A DNA stretch of 64,000 nt from an uncultured Dehalococcoidia bacterium. Its GTDB lineage: Bacteria > Chloroflexota > Dehalococcoidia > Lucifugimonadales > UBA3495. A program made the position numbers and the translations under genes. The stretch is taken from assembly GCA_964587795.1 (NCBI GenBank), contig CAZPMU010000001.1, positions 64,820-128,819 on the forward strand, read 5' to 3'. Shown here piece after piece: positions 56,347 to 64,000 of the stretch (its first letter is position 1; each line of letters opens with the position of its first letter). Below the pieces are notes generated by a model, which saw nothing but the letters and a program-made list of their open reading frames with translations, was not told where the DNA came from and searched no databases.

Positions 56347-57329
56347 GACAACCTCCAGCAGGCTGCTCTGTGGGTCTCGGAAACCTGGAAGACGGTTGGA
56401 TACTCTTCCCTGCACCGGTCCATAACATAGGGACAGCGGTCGGCGAAGGGGCAGCCTGGCGGCAGGTCGTGCAACGCCGGCGGCTGGCCTTCAATGGCGT
56501 ACAGGCGGTCAACGTCCTCTTCCAGCTTGGGCACAGAGGCGAGAAGGGCTTCAGTGTAAGGGTGGGAAGGAGAGTTAAAAATCTCCCGGACATTGCCCAT
56601 TTCCACGATCTTGCCGGCGTACATCACCGCCACCCGGTCGCACATTTTGGCGACCACGCCGAAGTCGTGGGTAATGAATATCAAGGCCAGGTTCTGCTGC
56701 TGTTGAAGATCCTTGAGCAGCTTCAGGTACTGGGCCTGAATGGTGACGTCAAGGGAGGTGGTGGGCTCATCGGCTATGAGCACGGCCGGCTCGCAGGAAA
56801 TGCCAATGGCTCCCACCACGCGCTGGCGCATTCCGCCGCTCAACTGGTGGGGGTAGTCTTTCACGCGGGACTCGGCGGCAGGGATGTTTACCTTGCGGAG
56901 CACCTCCAGGGTGTGCTGCATGATGCTGCGCTTGGGAATGTCCTGGTGAATCTGAATGGCCTCATTGACCTGGTTGCCGATGGTGAAAACCGGATTCAGG
57001 GAGGTCATGGGGTCCTGGATAATCAGGGCGATCTGACTGCCGCGAACCCTGCTCATCTCGTTCTCGGTCAGTTGCAGGATATCCTGGCCCTGGAGGACGA
57101 TCCTGCCGCTTACGATTTCACCGGGCGGTGTCGGGATGAGCCGCATCAGGGAAAGCATGGTCACGGACTTCCCGCAGCCCGATTCGCCCACGATTCCCAG
57201 GGTCTCGCCGCGGCGCAGGTCAAAGCTGACGCCGTCCACAGCCTTGACGGTACCCCAACGGGTGCTGAAGTAAGTGCGGAGGTCTTCCACCTCCAGGACC
57301 AGTTCGCCGTCCGATTCTGCAGCTGCCAT
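56343..57329 (-). CDS. Oligopeptide/dipeptide ABC transporter ATP-binding protein (DppD/OppD type)
   Basis: [17 protein letters not shown] and [12 protein letters not shown], plus a C-terminal GCPFADRCP segment. Confidence 0.85.
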   Translation of the reverse strand: MAAAESDGELVLEVEDLRTYFSTRWGTVKAVDGVSFDLRRGETLGIVGESGCGKSVTMLSLMRLIPTPPGEIVSGRIVLQGQDILQLTENEMSRVRGSQIALIIQDPMTSLNPVFTIGNQVNEAIQIHQDIPKRSIMQHTLEVLRKVNIPAAESRVKDYPHQLSGGMRQRVVGAIGISCEPAVLIADEPTTSLDVTIQAQYLKLLKDLQQQQNLALIFITHDFGVVAKMCDRVAVMYAGKIVEMGNVREIFNSPSHPYTEALLASVPKLEEDVDRLYAIEGQPPALHDLPPGCPFADRCPYVMDRCREEYPTVFQVSETHRAACWRLS

Positions 57330-57471
57330 TAGTGGCCACCATCGTCAAGTATGAGAACTAATGCCGTCGAAACCTGGATGGAATGGTACGGAAGTTTAGC
57401 AGACTCTATACAACGCCCCAACCTTTGTCAACAAAATCCAGGTTGCACGGGGTTGCCCGGATGGCCAAAGG

Positions 57472-58830
57472 TTATTGGGCGGCCAGCATGTCGCAGGCCA
57501 GGCCAAGCATAATCTTGGTGCCGCTGACCAGGCTCTTGATGCCGATGGACTCATTGGTGCCGTGGGTGAAGTTCAACATGGGGTCGTCGTCCGGATGGGA
57601 ACCACTGAATCCGTAGGTAACCGTGCCCAGGGGACGGGTGAAACGCGAGTCGGTAAATCCGTTGCTGATGGCGGGAACCCACTGGATGTCGTCCCGCTCC
57701 AGGGCCTGGGCCGTGACCAGCCGGATGCTGGTGGCCAGGGGCGACTCGAAGGGCGATGAATTGGGACGGGCCATGTAGTCGATCTCATAGGACACTCCCG
57801 GGACGCCGGCCAGCACCTCGTCCAGCTGGCGGCGCACGTACTCATCGTCCTGGTGGGGCAAGGTGCGAACGTCGCAGGTAAGGCGGATGGACTCGGGAAC
57901 GCTGTTGGACTTGATGCCGCCCTGCACCATGGTGGGTGTCAGGGTCATTCGGGACAGGGCGCGGAGCATGGAGGCGAAGCGGGGGTTGTCAGCCTCGATG
58001 TCGGAGATGATGGCGTCCACGTTGGCCGGCGAGGGCCTGTCTTCGATGGCGAAGGTGGAGAGGTGGTCGAAAATGACGGTGGAGGTGTCGCGCTCCGCGT
58101 CGTAGCCCTCGATGGAGTTAAGGGCCTGGCTGAGGCGGTAAAGGGCGTTGGTTCCCTGCCAGGGCACCGAGGCGTGAGAGCTGGTGCCTTTCAAGTCGAT
58201 TTCCACCTGCAGGCGGCCCTTTTCGCCGACGCCCAGGATGTAGGTGAGGGCTCCGGCGGCCCGGACAGGTGTACCACCGCCTTCATTGACGGCAAAGGGC
58301 GCTGCCAGCTTGTCGGGGTGGTTATCGGCCAGCCAGCCGAAGCCGTAACGGCCGCCGTGCTCCTCGTCGGCGCCGGCGGCCAGGATCAAGCCGTCTTCCA
58401 GTTCTATGCCGTTGCGCTTGAGCAGTCGGACGGCCATAAGCTGGCAGGTGAGCAGGCCCTTGCAGTCGGAAGCGCCGCGGCCGAATATGCGGCCGTCGTG
58501 GATGGTGGCGCTGAAGGGCGGGAACTGCCACTTGGATTCGTCCTCCACCGGCACAACGTCAGTGTGGGACATGAACATCAGGCCCGCCTTGCCCGAGCGT
58601 CCCTCCATGCGGGCCATGAGGTTGCCGCGGTTGGGGGCGGATTCCAGGATTTCCGAGGAGATTCCGTCTTCGGCCAGGAAGTCGCGGGCCAGTTCGCAGA
58701 CGGGAGTCTCATCTCCGGTGGGCATGAAGCCGGTGTTGACCGAGGGAATCCGCACCAGGGCCTGTTCCAAAGAAATGATGTCGTCCAGGGAAGCGTCAAC
58801 CTGGTCGAAAAGTTCCTGCAGATTGGGCAT
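57472..58830 (-). CDS. M20/M25/M40 family metallopeptidase (ArgE/DapE/CPG2-like)
   Basis: MSHTDVVPV, GRGASDCKG and GADEEHGG metal-site motifs. Confidence 0.85.
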   Translation of the reverse strand: MPNLQELFDQVDASLDDIISLEQALVRIPSVNTGFMPTGDETPVCELARDFLAEDGISSEILESAPNRGNLMARMEGRSGKAGLMFMSHTDVVPVEDESKWQFPPFSATIHDGRIFGRGASDCKGLLTCQLMAVRLLKRNGIELEDGLILAAGADEEHGGRYGFGWLADNHPDKLAAPFAVNEGGGTPVRAAGALTYILGVGEKGRLQVEIDLKGTSSHASVPWQGTNALYRLSQALNSIEGYDAERDTSTVIFDHLSTFAIEDRPSPANVDAIISDIEADNPRFASMLRALSRMTLTPTMVQGGIKSNSVPESIRLTCDVRTLPHQDDEYVRRQLDEVLAGVPGVSYEIDYMARPNSSPFESPLATSIRLVTAQALERDDIQWVPAISNGFTDSRFTRPLGTVTYGFSGSHPDDDPMLNFTHGTNESIGIKSLVSGTKIMLGLACDMLAAQ

Positions 58831-59033
58831 TACATCCTCCCCTTCAGCATTGAATTTTGGCGAGTGTAAACAGGCAACTGGAGAGTGTCAACGCGTGCTC
58901 GTGTTCTCTCTACCGGAGCGTGCTGAACAAGGAAGCGCAGAGAAGGGGAGAGTCGCAGAGGCTGTTGGTGTCTCTGTGTCTATTCGTGAGAACAAGGCTA
59001 TAATGCAGGGAATCTTACCTGCGGATATGTGAA

Positions 59034-59921
59034 ATGCAACGAGACTTTGTTGGTTACGGGCGCAACGTGCCCCGGATTCAGTGGCCCGGTGGGGCCAGGA
59101 TTGCGGTGTCCCTGGTGGTCAACTACGAGGAGGGGTCCGAGTATTCGCTGCTGGACGGAGACGACCACCACGAGAGCAATAATGAGGTGCCCTCGCCCAT
59201 ACCGCCAGGGCAGCGGGACCTGTATAACGAATCATTCTTTGAATACGGCAGCCGGGTGGGTGTTTGGCGATTGCTGGATATGTTTGACCGGCACCAGGTC
59301 AAGTCCACCTTCTACTGTTGCGCCCAGGCCCTGGAGCGCAACCCGGAACTGGCCCGGGAAATTACGGCCCGGGGACACGAACCTTGCGGTCACGGCTACC
59401 GTTGGGCTGAAGTGCATAGAATGACCCGCGACGAAGAGACGGAGGACATGCGCAAGACTGTGGCGGCCATCGAATCCACCACCGGGGAGCGGCCTTTGGG
59501 TTGGTTTACGCGCTACGGGCCCAGCATCAACACCCGAGAACTGGCGGCGGCCGAGGGCGGGTTGATCTACGACAGCCTGGCCACCAACGACGATTTGCCT
59601 TACTACGTTACCGTGGGGGACCGTCCATGGCTGGTCATTCCCTACAGCTTCGAGACCAACGATGCCCGCTTCTGGCGGGGAGGGCTGGTCAGCACCGGCG
59701 ACTTTTTCGAGTACCTTAAGGACTCCTTTGACTGCCTGTACCGCGAAGGGGCGACTCACCCCAAAATGATGTCGGTGGGACTGCACTGCCGGATAACGGG
59801 GAGGCCGTCCCGCTCGCAGGCGGTGGAGCGGTTCATCGAGTACGCCAGCGGGTTTGAGGGGGTGTGGTTCGCGCGGCGGGTGGATATTGCCAGGTGGTGG
59901 CTGGAGAATTACCCGGCGTGA
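59034..59921 (+). CDS. Polysaccharide-deacetylase-fold protein, PuuE allantoinase-like
   Basis: RDFVGYGRNVPRIQWPGGARIAVSLVVNYEEGSE resembles the PuuE N-terminus. A GHEPCGHGYRW motif is present. Confidence 0.7.
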   Translation: MQRDFVGYGRNVPRIQWPGGARIAVSLVVNYEEGSEYSLLDGDDHHESNNEVPSPIPPGQRDLYNESFFEYGSRVGVWRLLDMFDRHQVKSTFYCCAQALERNPELAREITARGHEPCGHGYRWAEVHRMTRDEETEDMRKTVAAIESTTGERPLGWFTRYGPSINTRELAAAEGGLIYDSLATNDDLPYYVTVGDRPWLVIPYSFETNDARFWRGGLVSTGDFFEYLKDSFDCLYREGATHPKMMSVGLHCRITGRPSRSQAVERFIEYASGFEGVWFARRVDIARWWLENYPA

Positions 59922-59985
59922 GGGCTAAGGAGGAAGGAAAACTCTAACCATCTATCTATCAAGGGTAAAAGGAAGCTGAGGAAGT

Positions 59986-60347
59986 CTGAAAATTGGAACA
60001 GTAATCGCGAAAATAGAAGTGGGCGACCCTCAAGGTCGGAATCTCCAGGGAGTGGAATTGGAAGTGGATACCGGCTCAACCTATACCGCGCTGCCCAGGC
60101 AGGTGCTGGAGTCACTGGGCGTGCCGGTTGACACATCCGTGCCGGCAAGGCTGGCTGACGGCAGTCACAGATGTTGGAAATTGGGGAAACCAGAATCAGG
60201 CTGCGGGGCAAGGAGTTCACAACCATTGTGGTTTTCGCCGAAGAGGGTGAACCCAGCTTATTGGGTGTAATTACGCTGGAGGAAGCTCTATTGGCCTTTG
60301 ACCCAGTGCATAACGAGCTGATACCGGTGGAGGCCAAGCGTTACTGA
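59986..60347 (+). pseudogene. Retropepsin-like (clan AA) aspartic protease, frame-disrupted
   Basis: Frame 1 gives LKIGTVIAKIEVGDPQG...VDTGSTYTALP...ARLADGSH. Homology then continues in the -1 frame, which opens at 60159: (M)LEIGETRIRLRGKEFTTIVVFAEEGEPSLLGVITLEEALLAFDPVHNELIP, stopping at 60347. There is no ATG at the family N-terminus (CTG 59986 / ATT 59992 after GAGGAAG). Confidence 0.6.
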
Positions 60348-60579
60348 ACCCAGAAACAGCTCATTTTGTTGGAGGATCGTGATTTGAAGGTTTGGACAAG
60401 AGGCCATCCTTGAACGAACAGGTTTGCGATTTTCCGCCTGCGACGGAACAACTGGGTGTCCCCAACGCTGCGGTCAGGTGTCTGTGGTAACCAGATACGG
60501 ATTTCTTGCGCCCTACTTGCCTTTGTGGTAATTTTAGGCTAGATACCCGTAGGCATAATGCTAACGGAGAGGTAATGTT

Positions 60580-61086
60580 ATGAGCTACAAGCCCAAGTAC
60601 CTGGGTCACGTCAATATGTTTGTACGTAATGCCGAACGTTCCCAGAAATGGTACGAAGACATCCTGGGCCTGCACACCTATGACTTCAAGCCGGGTCGGG
60701 CTGCGTTTATGTCCGCCGACATCGAACAGTCCCACGAAATTGCGCTGATCGAGGTTGGAGAGGAAGCCCCTGGCATCCAGAACCGGCAGGTGGGGCTGAA
60801 CCACATGGCGTGGATGATGGAGAGCCTGGACGACCTGAAGGAAATGTACCACCGACTGAAGGAGAAGAACGTCCCCATCGGCCATATTTCCGACCACGGC
60901 ATTTCCATCGGCATTTATTTCAACGACCCCGACGGCAACGGCATCGAGGTCTCCTACGAGTTGCCGCGGAGCCAGTGGAACCGGGAAGAGAACATTTTCA
61001 TGGGTGAGGGACGCATGTCCGGCCAGTTCCCTGGTCCCTGGGACGAGGAAATGGCAGCCCAGCAGGCCGCCGCTGCCGCGCGCTAG
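60580..61086 (+). CDS. VOC (glyoxalase / extradiol dioxygenase) family protein
   Basis: LGHVNMFVRNAERSQKWYEDILGL, LNHMAW and YFNDPDGNGIEV are typical VOC metal-site strands. Confidence 0.75.
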   Translation: MSYKPKYLGHVNMFVRNAERSQKWYEDILGLHTYDFKPGRAAFMSADIEQSHEIALIEVGEEAPGIQNRQVGLNHMAWMMESLDDLKEMYHRLKEKNVPIGHISDHGISIGIYFNDPDGNGIEVSYELPRSQWNREENIFMGEGRMSGQFPGPWDEEMAAQQAAAAAR

Positions 61087-61144
61087 GCGGGGCCGTCGCA
61101 CAACCAAACCAGTAACGATACTTCAACCTATTGGAGGAGAAGGT

Positions 61145-62548
61145 ATGCCGAGCCAGGAAGACATTGCCTTGATGGCTCATCTGATGCGTCGGGCCGGTTT
61201 CGGCGCCAGCCGCGCTGAACTGGAAGAGCGGTGCGCCCGTGGCTACGAGGCCACCGTGGAAGAACTGCTTAACCCCGGTGACGATTCCGGCATTGACGAG
61301 GATGAGCTTTACCGTTATTTCCCGCAATTTGAAAGCTCTTTGGCTCCGGTGGCGGCCCAGACCGAGTGGGTGTACCGCATGGTCAATACCAGGTGGCCAC
61401 TGAAGGAAAAGATTGCGCTGTTCTGGCACCAGCTTTTCGCTACCGGCAATTCCAAGGTGGACAACCCGCCGGAACTGCTGGCCCAGATCGGCATGTTCCG
61501 CCGGGAGGGGCTGACCGACTTCCCGAATCTGCTGGTAAAGCTGGCCCAGAACCCGGCCATGATTTACTGGCTGGACAATAACGGCAATCACTACGGCTCA
61601 ATCAACGAGAACTGGGGCCGCGAGTTGCTGGAACTGTTCTCCATGGGCGTGGGCCACTATTCTGAAGAGGATATCAAGGAAGCGTCCCGGGCGTTTACCG
61701 GGTGGACGCTGGGTACCAAGCCGCCCCGCCAGCCCGTGGGCCGTTTCTACTGGAGCTTTGAGTTCAAGCCCGAGGACCATGATTACGGCGAGAAGGAGTT
61801 CCTGGGCCAAACCGGCAACTTTGATGGCGACGATATCATCGACATCATTGTGAAGCAGGAGGACACGGCCCGGTTCCTGGCCCGCCACCTGTATAACTTC
61901 TTCGTGGCCGACGAGCCGCAGGTGCCGGCGTGGAACATCACTCCGCCAAACAACCCGGAGGCCATAGACACCCTAGTCAAGGCCTACATGGACTCCGACG
62001 CAGACATCAAGTCGATCCTGCGGGCCCTGTTCAACTCCGATTTTTTCAAGAACGCCCGCTTCCAGCACGTGAAGAGTCCGGCCGAACTGGTGGTCAGCAC
62101 CGTGCGCATGGCCGGCAACTACAACCAGCCCCGGACCGGTTTCCCGCTGCTGGCCTTCGAGTGTGGCTGGCAGGGCCAGGAGTTGATGAATCCTCCCAGC
62201 GTGGAAAGCTGGCACACCGGTTCAGAGTGGATTGACGGCGGCGCCCTGGTGCGGCGGGTCAACTTTGCCGCCAAGCTGCTGTCCGACACTTCCCTGCCCG
62301 GCGTGAAGTCCATTGTGGCGGGTTTGAAGGAACGGGGCACTCTGAGTCCGGCCGAATTCGTCCGCGCCTGCCTGGACCTGGTTGGTCCGGTGGAGGTGGA
62401 CGAGGGCACCTTCCAGGAACTGCTGACCCACGCCCAGGAGGGCGGCGACGTCAACTGGGACACGGAAGACGCGGCTGCAAAATCGGAAAAGCGCACCGGC
62501 GTAATGCTGGCGTTGATCGCCGCAACCCGGGAGTTTCAGTTTGCCTAA
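61145..62548 (+). CDS. DUF1800 family protein
   Basis: ATG 61145 after GGAGGAGAAGGT. LMRRAGFGAS, WHQLFATGNSKV and MIYWLDNN are characteristic of DUF1800. It is paired with a DUF1501 gene. Confidence 0.7.
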   Translation: MPSQEDIALMAHLMRRAGFGASRAELEERCARGYEATVEELLNPGDDSGIDEDELYRYFPQFESSLAPVAAQTEWVYRMVNTRWPLKEKIALFWHQLFATGNSKVDNPPELLAQIGMFRREGLTDFPNLLVKLAQNPAMIYWLDNNGNHYGSINENWGRELLELFSMGVGHYSEEDIKEASRAFTGWTLGTKPPRQPVGRFYWSFEFKPEDHDYGEKEFLGQTGNFDGDDIIDIIVKQEDTARFLARHLYNFFVADEPQVPAWNITPPNNPEAIDTLVKAYMDSDADIKSILRALFNSDFFKNARFQHVKSPAELVVSTVRMAGNYNQPRTGFPLLAFECGWQGQELMNPPSVESWHTGSEWIDGGALVRRVNFAAKLLSDTSLPGVKSIVAGLKERGTLSPAEFVRACLDLVGPVEVDEGTFQELLTHAQEGGDVNWDTEDAAAKSEKRTGVMLALIAATREFQFA

Positions 62549-62597
62549 GCCGGACCAGTTGGACCGGCCACATAAGCCAAATCGGGAGGACAAGGAT

Positions 62598-63734
62598 ATG
62601 GCATCAACCAAGAAAGACCCGGTGCTGGTGGTGTTGCAGCTTTCCGGCGCCAACGACTATCTGAATACGGTGGTACCGTTTACAAACCCCCTGTACTGGG
62701 AGAATCGACCCAATCTGGGGCTGCCTGAAGGTCAGTTGATCAAGTTCACCGATGACCTGGCCTTCCATCCCAGCATGGGCCCCGTCAAGGACCTTTGGGA
62801 CCAGGGCCAGATGGCCATCATTCACGGCATCGGCTACGAGAATTCATCCCGTTCCCACTTCCGGTCCATGGACATTTGGCATACCTGCGAGCCGGACAAG
62901 GTTGGCACCGAGGGTTGGCTGGGCCGCGTTATCCGCGACCTGGACCCCGCCGGCGAGAACGTGCTGAAGGGCGTGAACTTTGGCCAGGGTCTGCCCCGGG
63001 CCATGGCTCTGCGCGGCGTACCGGTTACTTCCGTCTCCGACCTGGCTTCCTACGGTGTACTGACCGACATTCCCGCCATTGGCGCTGGCGATGAACGGGA
63101 GCAGATGCTGGAGCTATTCTCCCGGGTGTATTCGCCGGCCATTGGCACCGGAATGACCATGGACTACCTGGGCCAGACGGGTCGGGACGCCCTCAAGGGC
63201 GCCGACGTCATCAAGGTGGCCCCGGAGCAGTACTCGTCCTCCATAGAGTATGCCGACAACCCCATTGCCAAAAGCCTGAAGAGCGTGGCGCAGGTGCACC
63301 TGGCCAACCTCGGCACCCAGATTTTCTACACCCAGTACGGCAGCTTTGACACCCACTTCAACCAGCTTCCCGCCCACGCCAAGCTGTGGACGGACGTGTC
63401 CGGCGCGGTCAACGACTTCTTTGCCGACCTGCGGGAGCACGACGCTTCGGATAACGTGGTAATGCTGGTATTCACGGAGTTTGGCCGGCGGGTACACGAC
63501 AACGGTACCGGCTGCGACCACGGTCGTGGCGGCGTTGCCTTTGCCCTGGGCGATGCGGTTAACCCCGGCATGTACGGAGAATACCCGTCCATGAAGGCCG
63601 AGGACCTGTTCGAAGGGGACTTGGTCCCCAGCTACGACTTCCGGGGCTTCTACTCCACCTTCGCCGAGCGGTGGCTGGGCCTGGACGCCAAGCCCATAGT
63701 CGGCGGCGAATACGAACAACTGGACTTCCTTTAG
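62598..63734 (+). CDS. DUF1501 family protein (sulfatase/phosphatase-like fold)
   Basis: ATG 62598 after GGAGGA. SGANDYLNTVVP, HGIGYENSSRSHF, FDTHFNQ and DHGRGG motifs. No Tat or Sec signal is visible. Confidence 0.7.
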   Translation: MASTKKDPVLVVLQLSGANDYLNTVVPFTNPLYWENRPNLGLPEGQLIKFTDDLAFHPSMGPVKDLWDQGQMAIIHGIGYENSSRSHFRSMDIWHTCEPDKVGTEGWLGRVIRDLDPAGENVLKGVNFGQGLPRAMALRGVPVTSVSDLASYGVLTDIPAIGAGDEREQMLELFSRVYSPAIGTGMTMDYLGQTGRDALKGADVIKVAPEQYSSSIEYADNPIAKSLKSVAQVHLANLGTQIFYTQYGSFDTHFNQLPAHAKLWTDVSGAVNDFFADLREHDASDNVVMLVFTEFGRRVHDNGTGCDHGRGGVAFALGDAVNPGMYGEYPSMKAEDLFEGDLVPSYDFRGFYSTFAERWLGLDAKPIVGGEYEQLDFL

Positions 63735-63762
63735 GCCGCAGCGGCCAAGCCAAGTAGATTAG

Positions 63763-63794
63763 TGTAGGGGCGGGTTTCAAAACCCGCCCCTACA
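63763..63794. repeat. Perfect 14-bp-stem palindrome (terminator or REP-like element)
   Basis: TGTAGGGGCGGGTT-TCAA-AACCCGCCCCTACA. There is no U-tract downstream. Confidence 0.6.
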
Positions 63795-63852
63795 GGGATA
63801 GCCAGCCAGCGTTGCCTGGCATTATTCCTTTGACGCTATAAAGGAGGCAGCA

Positions 63853-64000
63853 ATGCTTACCACTGTCGCCGCCGGGCGAGTTTTCGATTACAGCCACTGC
63901 ATAGGGATGTACTCCACTTCCGGCATCGGGTTCCTGGTGCCCATGGACTTTGCCCTGGGTAGCAACAACACCCTCTACGTGCTGAACCGGGGCGTGGACG
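63853..64000 (+). CDS. Beta-propeller (NHL-repeat-like) protein, N-terminal fragment running off the window
   Basis: ATG after AAAGGAGG. GRVFDYSHCIGMYSTSGIGFLVPMDFALGSNNTLYVLNRG resembles the first NHL-type blade. Confidence 0.4.
   Translation, partial: MLTTVAAGRVFDYSHCIGMYSTSGIGFLVPMDFALGSNNTLYVLNRGVD

Noticed and set aside
1-64000. CRISPR arrays, rRNA/tRNA genes, transposases, integrases, reverse transcriptases and known defence-system genes.
   Set aside because: I noticed no regularly spaced direct repeats, and none of the credible ORFs shows the corresponding motifs. The window looks like core chromosome with a few small accessory islets.

Overview
By eye this is a GC-rich bacterial chromosomal segment, dense in housekeeping genes with AGGAGG-type ribosome-binding sites. 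I guess it comes from an uncultured Chloroflexota-like organism, but I cannot test that here. I can support about 60 protein genes. They include two tandem M20 amidohydrolases, nifS-like cysteine desulfurase, an M50 protease, speH-speB, a GldA/F/G-like ABC cluster with a DUF4340 gene, and cinA. One long co-directional minus-strand block runs selA, an alpha/beta hydrolase, an EndoQ-like PHP nuclease, rimI, coaE, a CbbQ/NorQ-type AAA+ ATPase, a CoA-pyrophosphatase-type Nudix, and a 1086-aa VWA protein. Further genes are an acyl-CoA dehydrogenase, an ECF sigma / anti-sigma / SIMPL trio, dcd, ribD-ribE-ribBA, prfB (with its +1 frameshift), plsY, thrS, a degenerate HicB/HicA pair, a DUF255 thioredoxin protein and tilS. 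The remainder are tsaD, a GatC-like/amidase/CMD/GGT operon, two Nudix genes in total, DppD/DppF ATPases, another M20 peptidase, a PuuE-like deacetylase, a VOC protein and a DUF1800/DUF1501 pair. I found no rRNA, tRNA, CRISPR array, transposase, integrase or recognisable defence genes. Most long antisense ORFs in the supplied track are GC-driven shadow ORFs. I see no clear-cut novel system. The best candidates for follow-up are: (1) the tightly coupled coaE / MoxR-class AAA+ / CoA-pyrophosphatase Nudix / VWA operon, which has no Rubisco, NOR or CODH client nearby; (2) the roughly 1.4-kb mostly non-coding islet next to selA, which holds a MITE-like element, phased T-tracts and a small secreted-peptide gene; (3) the AtzG/AtzE-like amidase operon; (4) an uncharacterised two-domain protein behind a roughly 175-nt leader; (5) a decaying HicBA module. 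All homology calls rest on motif recognition by eye. No searches or statistics were run.
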